Below, in pieces: positions 16,439 to 25,244 of a stretch of DNA of 64,000 bases (its first letter is position 1; each line of letters starts with the position of its first letter). This DNA is from a virus, in IMG/VR virus record IMGVR_UViG_3300003323_000334, positions 1-64,000 of that record, one strand, 5' to 3'. The notes beneath the pieces are model-generated. The model did no database searches. It saw nothing but the letters and a program-made list of their open reading frames with translations, and had not been told where the DNA came from. Both the position numbers and the translations under genes were made by a program.

Positions 16439-16702
16439 ATGAACGACACAATCACACTGATCGAGCTTCGCAACGTGATTCTGCGGGGCGCCGCACGAAT
16501 CAAGACGAACGAGAACGACGTTCACGCACTACTCGAAATCGTGCGGGAAGTGCTCGGCAAGGGCGCAGCACAAGACGACGCGAACGACAACGTTCTCGCG
16601 TTCGCGTGCAAGCTACAAGTCGAAATCGAACAGTACACATCGAGCGCCGAAGACTATCACACGTTCGACTACATAGAGCGATGGGCGCCGTTCACAAAAT
16701 GA
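16439..16702 (+). CDS. hypothetical protein
   Basis: ATG 16439 (MNDTITLIELRN) is preceded by AGAGAGCACACG. The track ORF start at 16274 overlaps the previous gene. A strong terminator follows. Confidence 0.5.
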   Translation: MNDTITLIELRNVILRGAARIKTNENDVHALLEIVREVLGKGAAQDDANDNVLAFACKLQVEIEQYTSSAEDYHTFDYIERWAPFTK

Positions 16703-16715
16703 TCTTGCGTCAACG

Positions 16716-16757
16716 AAACGTCGCGAGTTATAATGCTCGCGACGTTTCTTCTTTTTC
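16716..16757 (+). terminator. rho-independent terminator
   Basis: A 13-bp perfect stem GAAACGTCGCGAG / CTCGCGACGTTTC with an 8-nt loop, then TTCTTTTTC. Confidence 0.75.
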
Positions 16758-16781
16758 ACACTCACTCTCAGAGGGCGCCCG

Positions 16782-17069
16782 ATGAACATGACTCGTGATG
16801 ATGCAATCGTGCTCGCTGCGTACACAGCACTGATCGCGTCTCGAAACGACGACAGCTACTTCAAAGCGATGACGCGTCAATGCGAAGTTCTCGACGCGAT
16901 TCGCAGTTATGACAAGACGTGTCAGCTCGACGACGCAGTATATGTGTTCTCGACGCTGCTCATGCTGACGAGCGCCGAGCACGCAGAGCACTACGGCGCC
17001 GACAAACAGGTTGAGTATCACGCGATCCACGACCGATTCATCCGAAAGCTGAACGAAATTTCTGAGTGA
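16782..17069 (+). CDS. hypothetical protein
   Basis: 95 aa ATG ORF preceded by CTCAGAGGGCGCCCG. GC-rich codon usage. A 9-bp stem (17092-17100 with 17114-17122) follows. Confidence 0.5.
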   Translation: MNMTRDDAIVLAAYTALIASRNDDSYFKAMTRQCEVLDAIRSYDKTCQLDDAVYVFSTLLMLTSAEHAEHYGADKQVEYHAIHDRFIRKLNEISE

Positions 17070-17195
17070 CATCTGAATGTCGCACATCTATACGACGCAT
17101 GTTTAATGGTCGTATGCGTCGTTAAACGCTCGTCGGATGAAGACCAAGTTTGCCGGTTCATTTCTGACCTCACACCTATATACACATTTCCGCGT

Positions 17196-17411
17196 CCAGT
17201 CAAAACCATACGTCCGATCAAAACCAGTCAGAACCGGAAACTTCCAGTCAAAACCGCGTGACCAGTCAGAACCAGTCAGAACCGGTATGTTCTGGAGTTT
17301 ACCTGCGGTTCAGCCTCGGTACACCTACGTGCGTGCGTCCAGTCAGAACCAAAATGTTTCGGTAAACGCGTGTGCGTAAACTCGCCCTAGAATGGGTGAC
17401 CAGTCAGAACC
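17196..17411 (+). repeat. iteron array: CCAGTCA(A/G)AACC x7 plus one degenerate copy, all in one orientation
   Basis: Copies lie at 17196, 17224, 17244, 17262, 17272, 17339 and 17400 (12 nt each). A degenerate copy CGATCAAAACC lies at 17215. The array sits in a gene-free tract downstream of the terminase gene. Confidence 0.8.
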
Positions 17412-17709
17412 GAATAGCATTTTAGTGTGATAAATAAATTCGGGTCCCCCCGGTTGGAATACCTATAAAAAATGCCCCTCTATTTTGGGATAGTGCTCCT
17501 TTTATACTCCTTTTGGTTTCATTCCTAATACAGCACATACCGGCATACACGCACTGCGCATATGTGCGTACATATGTGCCGAGAGATGTGCTCAGTGTAA
17601 CAGTGCTGAGCACAGTAGCGGTTTGTGTTTCCCCTTAGGATTTTAAGGGGAAAGTAGATTATTCCCCGGAGTTCTTTTTCACTCAGGAAAATAAACCTAA
17701 ACGCTCCAA

Positions 17710-19473
17710 CTAAATCTTGGACGCATAGCCAAAATTAGAGTGGACTGCACCTGAGCCTTGTCGCAGGAGAACGCCACCCACTTGACCATAGGAATTCCTG
17801 GCCTCATAAAGTTGCTCCTCGGTAGACGGATTGAACCCGCCGACCCGGACCTTCTTCCTGTGACACATCGAGAACGCGAGCGCCGCCGAGTCCACCTGGT
17901 CTTTGTCCTTAGAATGGGGAAAGTATTTGACCTCTTCGACCCAGTCATACGCCCAGTCCACCCAGAACTTACCTTTACGAGTCGTTTCCGGCAGATACAC
18001 GTTCCCGGCATTAACCTGCGAGCTGAAAGGGTCGGCACGCTCCTTTTTATCACCCATGGCCTTGTTGACCTTTATGACCGTTACGCGGAAGCCTGCCAAC
18101 CTGCGGACCGTGTTTTCGGCCGATTCTTTGCCGCCTGATCCGCCTTCCTGTTCGATACCGACCTGCACCGCGTAACCGTCCTGTCTGGCCGTCCTTTCAA
18201 TAATACGTTCCCGCTCCGCAGAATCCTTTTTAAACCGGATGACGTCCAAAATCCAGAACTTACCTTCTAAGTCCAAACCCATTAGAGTACCGACTGTCCA
18301 GTTCCCACCGTCGGCCGTTCCTGCTTTGTCCCAGAACCGAACTAACCGCTGCCAACGGGTAGGTGGGGGCCCGTACTTCAGCCTCGACGTTTTGAACATG
18401 GCGCCCTCGGGGGGCGCCGGGCTCTGTCTGAACTGTGAGGCGTAAAATCCGGCACCGTTGCCTTTGTACTCCTTTAATACCTTTTTGGACAAACGGACAG
18501 GATCCAACAAACCCCAGCGGTAAAACTTCCTGATTCTTTTAGGAAACGGTCGGTCTTCCAGCTCCGCAGGAAGTTTGATGTGCTTGACGTTCCTCTTTGT
18601 GAGCATCTGGGCCGTAGGATCGTCCTGGTGTAGCCGTTGCATCACCAGGATTGTGACCGTTACGGCCTTGTCCACTTTGCGCGAGCTGAGCGTCTCCCGA
18701 ATCCAACGGTTCGCGGCGTTTAAGTCCAACTCCGAGAACGCCTGGTTCGGGTCGAGTGGGTCGTCAATGACGATGCAGTGGGCGTGCTTCCCCGTTACCG
18801 AGCCGTTTACGCCTACCGCGTACCGCCAACCACCGTGCGTGTTCTGAAACAACCCTTTCGTATTCTGGTCTTCACGCAGGACGATGTCCGTGAAGCACCG
18901 TTTGTACTTGTCCGATTCTACGATGTCACGGGTCTTCAGGCTCAGATCGTCACGGGCCAGTTTCTCCGAGTACGAGGCGCCGATGAACTTGAACCTGGGC
19001 ATGCGGGTCCACGCCCACGCGGGCAGCATGACCGACATGATCGTGGACTTAGTGGTCCCAGGCGGGATGTTTACCACCAGATCGAACTTCTTAGGTTCGC
19101 CTTTGAACACCCGCTCCATCATTAGCTGGACGCGGTGACACAGGTACTCGATGTGCCAGTTCCAGATTGGTTTCTCTTGGCTGACACACGACCAGAACTC
19201 CTTGACGAACTCGAAAAACGACTCCCGGCAGACCGAGGCCATTACGTCGTACGGATCGAACTCGACTTCTTCCGGTATTTCCGGGTTTAGTGCCTTGGTG
19301 CGTTTGATCTTTCGGACCATTCGCCTGATTTCACCTTTGAGTTCTTTAAGCGCAAGGCGTCTTATTTTGCGATTGTGACATTTCCTTTGACGTTCGAGGC
19401 GCGAAACAGGCAAAAGTGCAGGGCGAGCAATTTTGTTTTGCGGAATGCGTCGGTTTTTAACGGAAGACACCAT
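17710..19473 (-). CDS. terL: terminase large subunit
   Basis: 587 aa. Walker A-like NIPPGTTKST, Walker B HCIVIDDPLDP, and a C-terminal nuclease-type segment FWDKAGTADGGNWTVG...VGIEQEGGSGGKES. The basic N-terminal extension may mean the true start is internal. Confidence 0.85.
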   Translation of the reverse strand: MVSSVKNRRIPQNKIARPALLPVSRLERQRKCHNRKIRRLALKELKGEIRRMVRKIKRTKALNPEIPEEVEFDPYDVMASVCRESFFEFVKEFWSCVSQEKPIWNWHIEYLCHRVQLMMERVFKGEPKKFDLVVNIPPGTTKSTIMSVMLPAWAWTRMPRFKFIGASYSEKLARDDLSLKTRDIVESDKYKRCFTDIVLREDQNTKGLFQNTHGGWRYAVGVNGSVTGKHAHCIVIDDPLDPNQAFSELDLNAANRWIRETLSSRKVDKAVTVTILVMQRLHQDDPTAQMLTKRNVKHIKLPAELEDRPFPKRIRKFYRWGLLDPVRLSKKVLKEYKGNGAGFYASQFRQSPAPPEGAMFKTSRLKYGPPPTRWQRLVRFWDKAGTADGGNWTVGTLMGLDLEGKFWILDVIRFKKDSAERERIIERTARQDGYAVQVGIEQEGGSGGKESAENTVRRLAGFRVTVIKVNKAMGDKKERADPFSSQVNAGNVYLPETTRKGKFWVDWAYDWVEEVKYFPHSKDKDQVDSAALAFSMCHRKKVRVGGFNPSTEEQLYEARNSYGQVGGVLLRQGSGAVHSNFGYASKI

Positions 19474-20220
19474 TTATTCTTGCTCCTTTTCACGGTACTT
19501 GGCCAGGATCGCTTTACGGTGCTCTAACGGGAGATCAAGGTCGTCAATTTTTACGGTAGTGGTGTTCTTGGTGCCGCCGGTGATGTTCACGTTCTTTTCG
19601 ACCACGTTCTTGATGCTGTACCCGCGATCGCTATTAATGGTACGATTGGCGAACATGACCGCACCTGGGTGACCTTTCTTGACGAGGAGCATTAGGGCGC
19701 CCTCGAAGAAGTTCTTTTTGTGCCAGTCGATTTCGTCAATAAGTTCCGCGAACCTGCGGTCTTCTTTGATCCATCTTTCCAGTTTGCGCTTGGAAACGTG
19801 ACACAGACGGAGAGCTGTGGACAGATTAAATGCGGAGTGCACCAGTGCGTGGATGAACAGGTTTTGTTGACCCACTCGACCGAGTCCTTCTAACTTGGCT
19901 TCGAGCCTGCCTACCGGCGATTTGGCCTTTTCGCACTCCATTATTTCTTCCCACAGATAACGGAGCTCAGGATCAAGTTGCTTGTAAATGTACTCCTTGA
20001 AGTTATTGGCCTCTTCGTCTAGTTTTCGACCACGTTCGAGGGCTTCCATGACGTGCTTGCGTTTCATCCATTTCCTGAACGTGTTCCAGGATACGTCCAG
20101 GAGTTCCGCAATACGCATGTTTGAGTGACCGGCCTTGGCCAAGGCGTAAATGTCCAGAATCCGTTCCGCGATCGCCTCTTCCATTCTGACCTTAGGAATC
20201 TTTGGAGTGCCTTTAGGCAT
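19474..20220 (-). CDS. terminase small subunit candidate (HTH protein)
   Basis: ATG 20220 (MPKGTPKIPK) has an AGGAGG RBS. The HTH-like segment is GHSNMRIAELLDVSWNTFRKWMKR. Its stop abuts the terL start (TAA then ATG). Confidence 0.5.
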   Translation of the reverse strand: MPKGTPKIPKVRMEEAIAERILDIYALAKAGHSNMRIAELLDVSWNTFRKWMKRKHVMEALERGRKLDEEANNFKEYIYKQLDPELRYLWEEIMECEKAKSPVGRLEAKLEGLGRVGQQNLFIHALVHSAFNLSTALRLCHVSKRKLERWIKEDRRFAELIDEIDWHKKNFFEGALMLLVKKGHPGAVMFANRTINSDRGYSIKNVVEKNVNITGGTKNTTTVKIDDLDLPLEHRKAILAKYREKEQE

Positions 20221-20354
20221 CGGAATCCTCCTGTGATTGCGGGCGACACCAGCAGATAATATAAAGTACCGGAATGTTCCAGTCAATACGCTCACCTCGC
20301 GACGAGGTTCGCAAACCTTTGAGGAACCCATTAAAATCCTGCAAAATTTATCTA

Positions 20355-20384
20355 TTGACAACTTGTAGACGGGATCAGTATCTT
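20355..20384 (+). promoter_or_regulatory. sigma70-type early promoter
   Basis: TTGACA (20355-20360), an 18-nt spacer, then TATCTT (20379-20384), at the divergent junction with the terminase operon. Confidence 0.45.
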
Positions 20385-20463
20385 ACACAATACGCTCTCT
20401 TGCGCTGTGCGAGAGAACGGCGCACGGCGCCCGCTCGGCGCCCCGTACAGAGTGATTCGCACA

Positions 20464-21147
20464 ATGTATATCGACAAGCAAAACGGAACGACGTACACGA
20501 ACGAAATGCTCGCAATGCTCCAGACCATCAGCGAAAACTTCGCCGACGACAACGCAATTACTCCTGCTATCGACTACTGCGACGAAATGGGTTACGATCG
20601 GGTCAAATGGCTCCTCCAACTGCTCCTCAAGATCAGTCCAAAAAAACGAAGCCAAGCGATGCTGTTCACAGGTTCTCGCCGCTACGGGAAAGTTCACGAC
20701 CAATCAGACTTCGATTGGGTACTGGCGTACAGCAAAGACTCGTACAATCTGGCTGGCACACATCACCTCACACCTTACACGAGCGACACCGTTGACTTAG
20801 CAGACTACCTGATCAACTACTGCGACACCCGATCTGATGAATACGGCCACGATTGGCCAGATTACGAGAAATACGCATGTCCGCAAGTCGATATGTCATA
20901 TCGATTCGGCCCGATCAACCTTATATTAGTACACCGCAAAATCCAGTTCCAAACATGGAAAGAAGGAACAACGAATTGCCTAGCGTTGGTTAGAAATCAC
21001 AACTACAGAGTTCCACGAGATGTGGCGATATGCGTTATCAACAACGAATTCCAGCGCTTACTGCATTTCTACAGACCGGGACCACGTCGCACGGCGTTAG
21101 TTACTGAACTTTGTTCCTGTGCCGTCTCCTTGAAGGAGGTGCTGTGA
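20464..21147 (+). CDS. Pol-beta-superfamily nucleotidyltransferase-fold protein
   Basis: ATG 20464 (MYIDKQNG); the track start at 20407 is GTG. The motif FTGSRRYGKVHDQSDFDWVL fits the G-S ... D-x-D minimal NTase signature. Confidence 0.5.
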   Translation: MYIDKQNGTTYTNEMLAMLQTISENFADDNAITPAIDYCDEMGYDRVKWLLQLLLKISPKKRSQAMLFTGSRRYGKVHDQSDFDWVLAYSKDSYNLAGTHHLTPYTSDTVDLADYLINYCDTRSDEYGHDWPDYEKYACPQVDMSYRFGPINLILVHRKIQFQTWKEGTTNCLALVRNHNYRVPRDVAICVINNEFQRLLHFYRPGPRRTALVTELCSCAVSLKEVL

Positions 21148-21482
21148 TGTTGAGTGTCCGACAAAAAGCGTTCCTGAAACAGTACCCGAACAAACTCCTA
21201 GAATGTCTTTGGAAGTTAGAAGCCGAACGATTCGTTCCGGACGAACCGACAACGAAGCCTCAGCCGCTTATTAAAGACAAACCGAATTACGCACCGAGCA
21301 AACTAAAAATCCTGCACTACGCGAGCGCAACACGACCTAACGTGTACTACCTAGTGCGTTGCCACAGCAACGGCAAAGTCGAGTTCTGTTCCTGCGAGGG
21401 GTTTAAGTACCGCAAGACCTGTTGGCACCGTTCTGATGTCGAACTGAACGGTGCCAAATTGTCCGTAAAACCTGTTTCTTAG
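21147..21482 (+). CDS. SWIM zinc-finger protein
   Basis: ATG 21147 overlaps the upstream stop (TGATG) and has an AGGAGG RBS. CSCEGFKYRKTCWH matches C-x-C-xn-C-x-H. Confidence 0.6.
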   Translation: MLSVRQKAFLKQYPNKLLECLWKLEAERFVPDEPTTKPQPLIKDKPNYAPSKLKILHYASATRPNVYYLVRCHSNGKVEFCSCEGFKYRKTCWHRSDVELNGAKLSVKPVS

Positions 21483-21496
21483 GAAAAGGATTTCCT

Positions 21497-21724
21497 ATGA
21501 ACGTCATCCGCAAGTACGCTGTGGTCAAGTATCTCGTAAACGGTATCATCGACGAAATCACGGTGTCGAGTCTGTTCCTGAAAAGCGAAACAGACCGCAC
21601 AGTACAACTGGTACTAAACGCGCTGGCCAGATACGACATCGCTAAGATGCTCCTTGTTCCTTCGATATCCGTCAAAATTCTTACCGTAAAACTGGATGCG
21701 TTCTATGATCATCAGGTACTGTGA
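21497..21724 (+). CDS. hypothetical protein
   Basis: 75 aa ATG ORF with an AAAGGA RBS. Confidence 0.4.
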   Translation: MNVIRKYAVVKYLVNGIIDEITVSSLFLKSETDRTVQLVLNALARYDIAKMLLVPSISVKILTVKLDAFYDHQVL

Positions 21725-21920
21725 GGTCTGCAAGAAACAGATCCCTGAAGAGCGTCTAGAAGCCCTCCCAGACACATGGAGGTGCGTAAAATGCTCCAAT
21801 GAGACCAAAACACAAGGCGTGGTCGAGTACGGTCACAAAACCGCAGGCGTGATTCTAATTCTTCCTAAAGACTCGGAACAGCGTCGTCAAGTGCTCCGAG
21901 CATACAGGAGGGCCAGGTGA
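21696..21920 (+). CDS. TraR/DksA-type C4 zinc-finger protein
   Basis: CEVCKKQIPEERLEALPDTWRCVKC fits C-x2-C ... P ... C-x2-C of the TraR/DksA family. The start may be ATG 21705. Confidence 0.6.
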   Translation: MRSMIIRYCEVCKKQIPEERLEALPDTWRCVKCSNETKTQGVVEYGHKTAGVILILPKDSEQRRQVLRAYRRAR

Positions 21921-22123
21921 TGCCTAAATGCCTGAACGCTTACGGCTTGATTTACGATTATGCAGGAAGAATCTGTCACGCAGGTATAGTGAATCAGTGC
22001 GCCGAGTGCCCGTACAAATACCAATTACCTGTATTACATTCGGAATCAAAGATAGACACCGATTTTCTGTGTCCATCATGCTTCCTTAAAAACCGTGCCA
22101 AACGTAAAGAAAGGAAAAAGTGA
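21920..22123 (+). CDS. small Cys-rich protein
   Basis: ATG 21920 overlaps the upstream TGA. It has Cys pairs QCAECP and CPSC and a basic C-terminal tail. Confidence 0.4.
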   Translation: MPKCLNAYGLIYDYAGRICHAGIVNQCAECPYKYQLPVLHSESKIDTDFLCPSCFLKNRAKRKERKK

Positions 22124-22383
22124 ATCCTGTCAATCCGAACACCATCCCTTCGAACCACGCTCCAGAAGACTTAGCCATTTGGCTTTTTGGAGCGTGCTGC
22201 GGAGATAACGTCCGATTCGCCCAGCTCAGACTGCTCGCTCGCAGGGCTTTCATGGATGCGTCCGATATGTACGGTGACATCGACACCGATTCATACGGCA
22301 TTCTAGAAACGATCAGCCGGTTCAACGCCAGACTAGACGAACTAGACCGAGATTACAAAAAGGAGAATCAAAAGGATGTCTAG
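22120..22383 (+). CDS. hypothetical protein
   Basis: 87 aa with a GTG start overlapping the upstream stop (GTGA). Confidence 0.4.
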   Translation: MNPVNPNTIPSNHAPEDLAIWLFGACCGDNVRFAQLRLLARRAFMDASDMYGDIDTDSYGILETISRFNARLDELDRDYKKENQKDV

Positions 22384-23815
22384 CAACTTCACGTTCAGCC
22401 AAGCCAATCAAGTCCTCGACTACTTGAACAGACATTACCCCGCTGAACGGAAAACATCATGGAACTGGATCAGCACGAGGAAACTGCTGATTAACTCCGA
22501 TCTTTCAGGATCTATGGATCACAAGAACTTCAGGAGCATGATGCTCCGGCTATACAGTGCAGGTGTAGTGGAGAAAACTGGAGTAGGCACATTCCAGTGG
22601 CGTATGAAGGTCGATAAGTGGGATCGTGAATTTCCTACCAAACGACTCGATACGGCTCCTACTCCAACTATTAAACCGTTACACCAACATAATCACGGAC
22701 TGAACGTGACTGAGACTGAAAAGGAGATCATTCTGACCGAAAAGATAAAAGATCCGTCGGACGCAATTCGAGTTCTGTCCGAAATTACTACAGGACTCAA
22801 TCAGCGACTAAAAGCCGCAGAACAAGCTTACGACAAACTGGAGAAAGAATACGAAGCGTTCCGCACAGTGACCAAATCTCAGATAGACTCAGCGCTAGCT
22901 GCGGCGCGAAGTGCTCAGGAAACGTCAAACAGCAGGGTTAAAACGATCGAAATTAAAAAGCCTGATGGCAAAGTAGTTAAGCTCAAGAACAAAGTCCTAC
23001 CTAAAGTGTTCGACCGAGTTCTCGCACTGGCACAGTGTCGCAGGAACATCTTACTAGTAGGCCCGGCAGGGTGTGGTAAAACGCACCTGGCAAAACTGGT
23101 GGCAGAAACCTTAGACCTCGATTTCGGTAGTATTTCGTGTACCGCAGGTATGAGCGAATCGCACCTGCTAGGCAGGAGCACACCTAACGTAACTACAGGG
23201 GAATCGGTGTACAACGGCGCCTCCTTCATTGACTGCTACGAAGGCGGAGGAGTATGGCTGTTCGATGAGTTGGATGCTGCCGATCCGAACTTGTTGCTGT
23301 GCATCAACACAGCACTGGCTAACGGGTACGTCAACATTCCAAACAGGCGTAAAAAGCCGAGAGCGACCAAACATCCAGATTTCGTGTGCATCGGCACAGC
23401 AAACACGTTCGGAAGAGGAGCTAACCGCATTTACGCAGGACGCAATCAACTGGACGAAGCGACGCTGGATCGATTCAGAATCGGGATCGTAGAGTGTGAT
23501 TACGATCTTTCGGTAGAAATGTCGATCTGTCCGAACATAGGAGGCCAGCCTGACAGGAGCTGGCACTGGCCGGCAGAATCCCTTAACGGTCACGTGGACA
23601 TAAACAGACTGGTCAACAGAGGATACAATCTGAGAGAAACGCTCCAGTTCATCAGGCATCAAATAAGTAAAACCGGACTCAGGCGAATCATGAGCACCCG
23701 CTTCATAGAAGACGCCTACATAATGATGAGTCAGGGAGACTGGTCGATCAAGGACGTGCTCGACGCCTACTTCGAAGGTTGGAGCGATGAAGAAAAGGCC
23801 AAGGTGATCGTATGA
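22376..23815 (+). CDS. AAA+ ATPase (AAA_5 / MoxR-CobS-like) with N-terminal extension
   Basis: Walker A LLVGPAGCGKTHLA, Walker B GGVWLFDELDAADP, and sensor/arginine region RNQLDEATLDRF. The first ~200 aa are unrelated and include a coiled-coil. Confidence 0.75.
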   Translation: MSSNFTFSQANQVLDYLNRHYPAERKTSWNWISTRKLLINSDLSGSMDHKNFRSMMLRLYSAGVVEKTGVGTFQWRMKVDKWDREFPTKRLDTAPTPTIKPLHQHNHGLNVTETEKEIILTEKIKDPSDAIRVLSEITTGLNQRLKAAEQAYDKLEKEYEAFRTVTKSQIDSALAAARSAQETSNSRVKTIEIKKPDGKVVKLKNKVLPKVFDRVLALAQCRRNILLVGPAGCGKTHLAKLVAETLDLDFGSISCTAGMSESHLLGRSTPNVTTGESVYNGASFIDCYEGGGVWLFDELDAADPNLLLCINTALANGYVNIPNRRKKPRATKHPDFVCIGTANTFGRGANRIYAGRNQLDEATLDRFRIGIVECDYDLSVEMSICPNIGGQPDRSWHWPAESLNGHVDINRLVNRGYNLRETLQFIRHQISKTGLRRIMSTRFIEDAYIMMSQGDWSIKDVLDAYFEGWSDEEKAKVIV

Positions 23816-23955
23816 GCAAGAAAATCATTAAATGCCGGTGTAACGGCTGCAACCGCACAACCGTCCACATCGAGTTCAAGAACGTTTGCAACAAGCCTCC
23901 GGTGCGAGTTTGTTCTGCCTGTAACTACACTACAACGAACAGGAGAAAGAAATGA
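23812..23955 (+). CDS. 47-aa zinc-ribbon protein
   Basis: Below the ORF-track size cutoff. MSKKIIKCRCNGCNRTTVHIEFKNVCNKPPVRVCSACNYTTTNRRKK. Its start and stop both overlap neighbours as ATGA. Confidence 0.5.
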   Translation: MSKKIIKCRCNGCNRTTVHIEFKNVCNKPPVRVCSACNYTTTNRRKK

Positions 23956-24851
23956 GAGCATTCGAAGATCACGGTATGAAAGGATGGGCTATGATGTTCG
24001 ACGGCCCGCTAGAACTGGTCGAACTGGCCCGAGCAGCCTCTGAAAACAATCCTGCCGCACTGATAAAACGGATCAACATCAACTGGCCGGGAAGACGAGG
24101 TCACGACTGGAGCAAGGTCAGCGAATTCCTACGATCTCCTTGGCCTGAAGCGACCAAACTGATTCGGTACGTCACAGATGGAATCATGCGGGATAATCTC
24201 CCGCAACCCGCATCAGTCAAACGTCGTCCTAGATGGAATGAGGACGAAGGCGACGTAGACGTAGACAGATTACTAGGAGGCGAACCTGAGTACATGAGGC
24301 AGATGAAACGCGGGAAAAGTACCGGTCCTACGCACGTCGCACTGATCGGCAACCTAGACGCAGGAGAGTACCATAACTGCAACTCATCAGGAGTCTGGTT
24401 CAGATCGGCCGCTTGTATAGCTTTAGCCGACATTTTGGAGAACTTAGGATACACGGTCGAGATTTGGGTCTGGAACAGAGGTGAATCGGTCTATCCTGAA
24501 CCGTTACCGCATCAGTTCATCGCGTGCAGGCCCAAAGCCGCAGGCGAACCCGTAGACATTGACGCCTTGTGCGACACGATGTCGTCTTGGTTTACAACGA
24601 ACGCCATATTCGCGGCGATGAACACCTGTCCTGTTAAGCCGAAAGGTATAGGATATTTGGTCGAAGCCGATCACTATGAACTCGATCCCGAAAAGTCAGG
24701 AATAGGAGGCTGGTATCGATACCTACAAATCGGACAAGACGTGATACCGATATCCGTTCCTGTAGTTACCGGATGGAACGTACAAAATGGTTTGGATAAC
24801 GCGCGCGAAGTGTGCCGTCAGATCCTAACTAAGATCACGGAGAACAACTAA
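23952..24851 (+). CDS. CobT-like / degenerate vWA partner of the AAA+ ATPase (candidate)
   Basis: 299 aa. VALIGNLDAGEYHNCNSSGVWFRSAACIALADILENLGYTVEIWVWN resembles the vWA beta1-MIDAS-helix-strand layout of CobT-like proteins, with a degenerate MIDAS site. It is translationally coupled to the AAA+ gene through the zinc-ribbon ORF. Confidence 0.4.
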   Translation: MRAFEDHGMKGWAMMFDGPLELVELARAASENNPAALIKRININWPGRRGHDWSKVSEFLRSPWPEATKLIRYVTDGIMRDNLPQPASVKRRPRWNEDEGDVDVDRLLGGEPEYMRQMKRGKSTGPTHVALIGNLDAGEYHNCNSSGVWFRSAACIALADILENLGYTVEIWVWNRGESVYPEPLPHQFIACRPKAAGEPVDIDALCDTMSSWFTTNAIFAAMNTCPVKPKGIGYLVEADHYELDPEKSGIGGWYRYLQIGQDVIPISVPVVTGWNVQNGLDNAREVCRQILTKITENN

Positions 24852-25141
24852 TGGTAAATTGGCAAAATGATCCGAAAGAGCTTATAGGACGAAAGCTCTG
24901 GACTGTAGTTTATTGGAGCCGAGAGGATCGGATAGTTCAGTGTGCCATCACTGATGTTTTGACTGCCGATTTTCCCGAAATTTTTACCGTAACAGTTAAA
25001 TGCCACTTATCCCGAGAGGATCGCAAAAAAAGAAAACCGCATTTCGTAGGAATATTGCGTGAATTTAATCAGATATTCTACACACGAAAAGAAGGGAAAA
25101 AGTTCATAAAACCCATGCGATCGAAGTATCGCAGAGATTAG
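24851..25141 (+). CDS. hypothetical protein
   Basis: 96 aa with a TAATG overlap with the upstream gene. Confidence 0.45.
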   Translation: MVNWQNDPKELIGRKLWTVVYWSREDRIVQCAITDVLTADFPEIFTVTVKCHLSREDRKKRKPHFVGILREFNQIFYTRKEGKKFIKPMRSKYRRD

Positions 25142-25244
25142 GTTTAAAACTTGCTATTGTCGTGTCGTTTACTTGTCGCTAAACTGATTAAATGGCGCAT
25201 AGGGCGCCGAGCGAGCACTACAAATACTCAGAGAGGGCGCTGCA

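Noticed and set aside
17137-17379. 80-aa plus-strand ORF with repeated QSKP/QSEPVRTG peptides
   Set aside because: The peptide repeats simply mirror the CCAGTCARAACC DNA iterons. There is no RBS, so the region is interpreted as non-coding.
15506-17411. CRISPR array
   Set aside because: The repeats are 12-16 nt, irregularly spaced and sometimes overlapping, with no uniform spacers and no cas genes. They behave like iterons.
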